64,000 nucleotides of DNA from Somniosus microcephalus. Its lineage: Eukaryota. The notes below the pieces were generated by a model. The model made no database searches, was not told the DNA's origin, and saw only the letters and a program-made list of their open reading frames with translations. Each line of letters starts with the position of its first letter. Positions within the stretch are counted from its first letter, which is position 1. Shown piece after piece: positions 61,971 to 64,000 of this stretch. The stretch covers positions 58,652,001 through 58,716,000 of the forward strand of contig CM126219.1 in NCBI GenBank assembly GCA_052327205.1, read 5' to 3'. A program made the position numbers and the translations under genes.

Positions 61971-62469
61971 TACCCTCTAATTGACCCCAGGATGTGGTTA
62001 TCCTCTAATCAATTTCAACGTACACCTATTTACAGTAATTACACTTTTTAGCCTTAAAGGGACAGGCCACATTCACGTAAATACACCTTAGCAGCAGAAT
62101 AATACATTGGCCTAGAAATTCAGTATAGCCACTTTTGGGGCGGTAAAGTCGGGCGGCCGCTAAAGTTTGCGCCCGGCACAAAGCCGCGCCCCCTTCGCCG
62201 ATATTCAGTCGCATCGCCCCAAGAGGTTGCTGCTGCGCTAAAACAGGCGATGCACGACTATCTTTAGGCGCTAAGCCGGCGGTGCTGAGCGATACCCCCG
62301 AGGCCGGGCGCAGCGCAGGTGTGGCGAGTTCTTGATTGACGGCAGACACTCTGGCGCCGGTCATCTCTTAAAGGGGGAGGGTGGATTTGTTTGCCTGCCA
62401 CGCCCTGCACACTGCAGCCCTCAACCTAGGCCTGACCACTTCAGCTTCACCTGTACAACGCCCAGGACT

Positions 62470-64000
62470 ATGGAGAAGGCCAGGGAGAGAGCGCAGCGCT
62501 TCAGCGACGGAGACCTGAGGGTGCTGGTTGGCGGAGTGGAGCGCAGGCGCCATGTTTTGTTCCCAGAAGGTGGCAAGAGGCCGCTGCCCAGCGCCTACCG
62601 GAAAGCCTGGAGGGAGGTGTCCAACAGGGTGTCTTCCAACAGCGTGGTTGCCAGGACTCCTGTGCAATGCCGGAAGAAGTTCAACGACTTCACTCGGGTT
62701 GTCAGGGTGAGTACCCTTTCCAGTGTCCTCCTCATCCTTGCATGTGCACCTCACATTATGGGCAAAGGGACCTGAAAGCCCTAATGGCCAGCCCTCATCC
62801 AGCAGCTATGGGACTGGCATGAAAATCAATTGCACATTCAGCACTTTACACACTGTCCAAGCTATTCGACCATGGGAGGCATTGCAGACAAGATCAGGGC
62901 TACACACTGTCCAAGCTATTCGACCATGGGAGGCAGTGCAGACAAGATCAGGGCTACACACTGTCCAAGCTATTCGACCATGGGAGGCAGTGCAGACAAG
63001 ATCAGGGCTACACACTGTACTTAGAGGCCGTCCTTTCTCTTGCAGGTCAAGGTTGCGCACAACCGGTGCAACCGAACTGACACCGGTGGAGGCCGTCCTG
63101 ACCTCAAAGAGCTCTCCGACCTCGACCAGCGTGTGGAGCGCATTATGGGAGGCCGGCTGATTGGCCCCGTCGCCAGTGGAGATGCCGACCCTGTTCTGGG
63201 CACCAATGGTAAGGGCATCACCTTTTGGACCTCTCTCGTTCCACTTGCGCATCAGATCAGCATCCTTTGCCACTGTCCGACCAATGCGGTGAATGGCACC
63301 ACTCATGCCTCCCTCGCTGCCGCCCTGTCCTCACTCTAAAGCTACTCTTGTGCCTTCCTGCTTTCAGATGGTGAATCGCCAGGTGAGGAGGCGGGCCCTC
63401 AAGCTGCCACTGTCAGGCCTTCGGAAGACGAGGAGGAGGAAGAGGGCCCATCAGTGCCACCCTCAGCCGCGCCAGCCCATGGCGATGTAGGGGACACATC
63501 TTCCCTGGAGGGGAGCTGGGGGGAAGGGTCGGAGGAGAGTGAAGCTGCGGGGCCCAGCGGCCTGCAGCAACGCGGGAGGGGTGGGGAAGCTCGGCGGACT
63601 TCTCCCCAGAGGGTGAGTGCGGCCTCCAGTCCTGCGACGGTGAGCGCAGAGGAGGTGCGCCTCCTAGAGGAAATGGCCGTCCAGGCTGAGCGCAGGCACA
63701 CTGAGCTCATGGCTGCAGTGGCAAGGATGCCTGACTCCATAGAGTCACTGGCAAGCAGTGTGCAGGAATTCGGGGCAGCACAGGCCAGGAGTCTGCAACA
63801 ATTCAGTGCAGCACAGGCCAGGAGTCTGGAACTATTCAGTGCAGCACAGGCCAGGAGTCTGCAGGACATCGCGGCAGCACAGGCCAGGAGTCTGCAGGAC
63901 TTCGCGGCAGCACAGTCGGCTTCTAGCCAAGTGCTCAGTCGTGCCGTCCATTCACTGGCTGGTGTCATGCGGACACAGACCAGGGCCACACGGGCACTAA
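62470..64000 (+). CDS. Myb/SANT-like DNA-binding protein of the Harbinger element (3 exons, 3'-partial, open)
   Basis: Exons 62470-62706 (MEKARERAQRFSDGDL...AWREV...QCRKKFNDFTRVVR), 63046-63208 (VKVAHNR...TGGG) and 63368->64000 (acidic linker, 11-aa repeats). GT-AG introns, no stop codon in the window. Confidence 0.82.
62847..63018. repeat. 54-bp tandem repeat x3.2 in Myb intron 1
   Basis: TACACACTGTCCAAGC... at 62847, 62901, 62955 and 63009 (partial). Confidence 0.95.

Larger units (their letters stand above)
62109..64000 (+). mobile_element. Harbinger-type transposon, left part (continues beyond the window)
   Basis: Terminus GGCCTAGAAATTC preceded by ATT, GGCGCTAA-type subterminal motifs, Myb/SANT gene 361 bp inside. 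Confidence 0.82.

Noticed and set aside
63399-63989. 196-aa minus ORF
   Set aside because: Antisense shadow of Myb exon 3.

Overview
Repeat-dense vertebrate genomic DNA with several N gaps. The repeat families (CR1, L2, Deu-domain tRNA SINEs, Neptune-type Penelope, RTE, Mag-like Gypsy, Harbinger-type elements) point to a cartilaginous fish, probably a shark; this is an inference. One host gene can be assembled by hand: elf3 on the + strand, with 8 coding exons at 42674-49224 encoding 362 aa (PNT, SAR, AT-hook and ETS domains). It has a non-coding first exon and a promoter with octamer, kappaB and TATA motifs. A second CpG/CCAAT-rich promoter with a splice donor at about 5.2-5.5 kb suggests a gene transcribed leftwards out of the window. 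The rest is mostly mobile DNA. There are two full-length but inactivated Gypsy proviruses with 5-bp TSDs, and a head-to-head RTE palindrome. A Harbinger-type family is represented by spliced Myb/SANT genes (one apparently intact) and by several MITEs, three of which are exactly 764 bp. Penelope fragments carry minimal hammerhead ribozyme motifs. A multi-layer nested TE stack lies at 52-59 kb. I found no clearly new biological system. The most unusual signals are the Harbinger-family length and target-site regularities and the insertion cluster inside the CR1 RT region. All calls come from reading the sequence, with no database searches.
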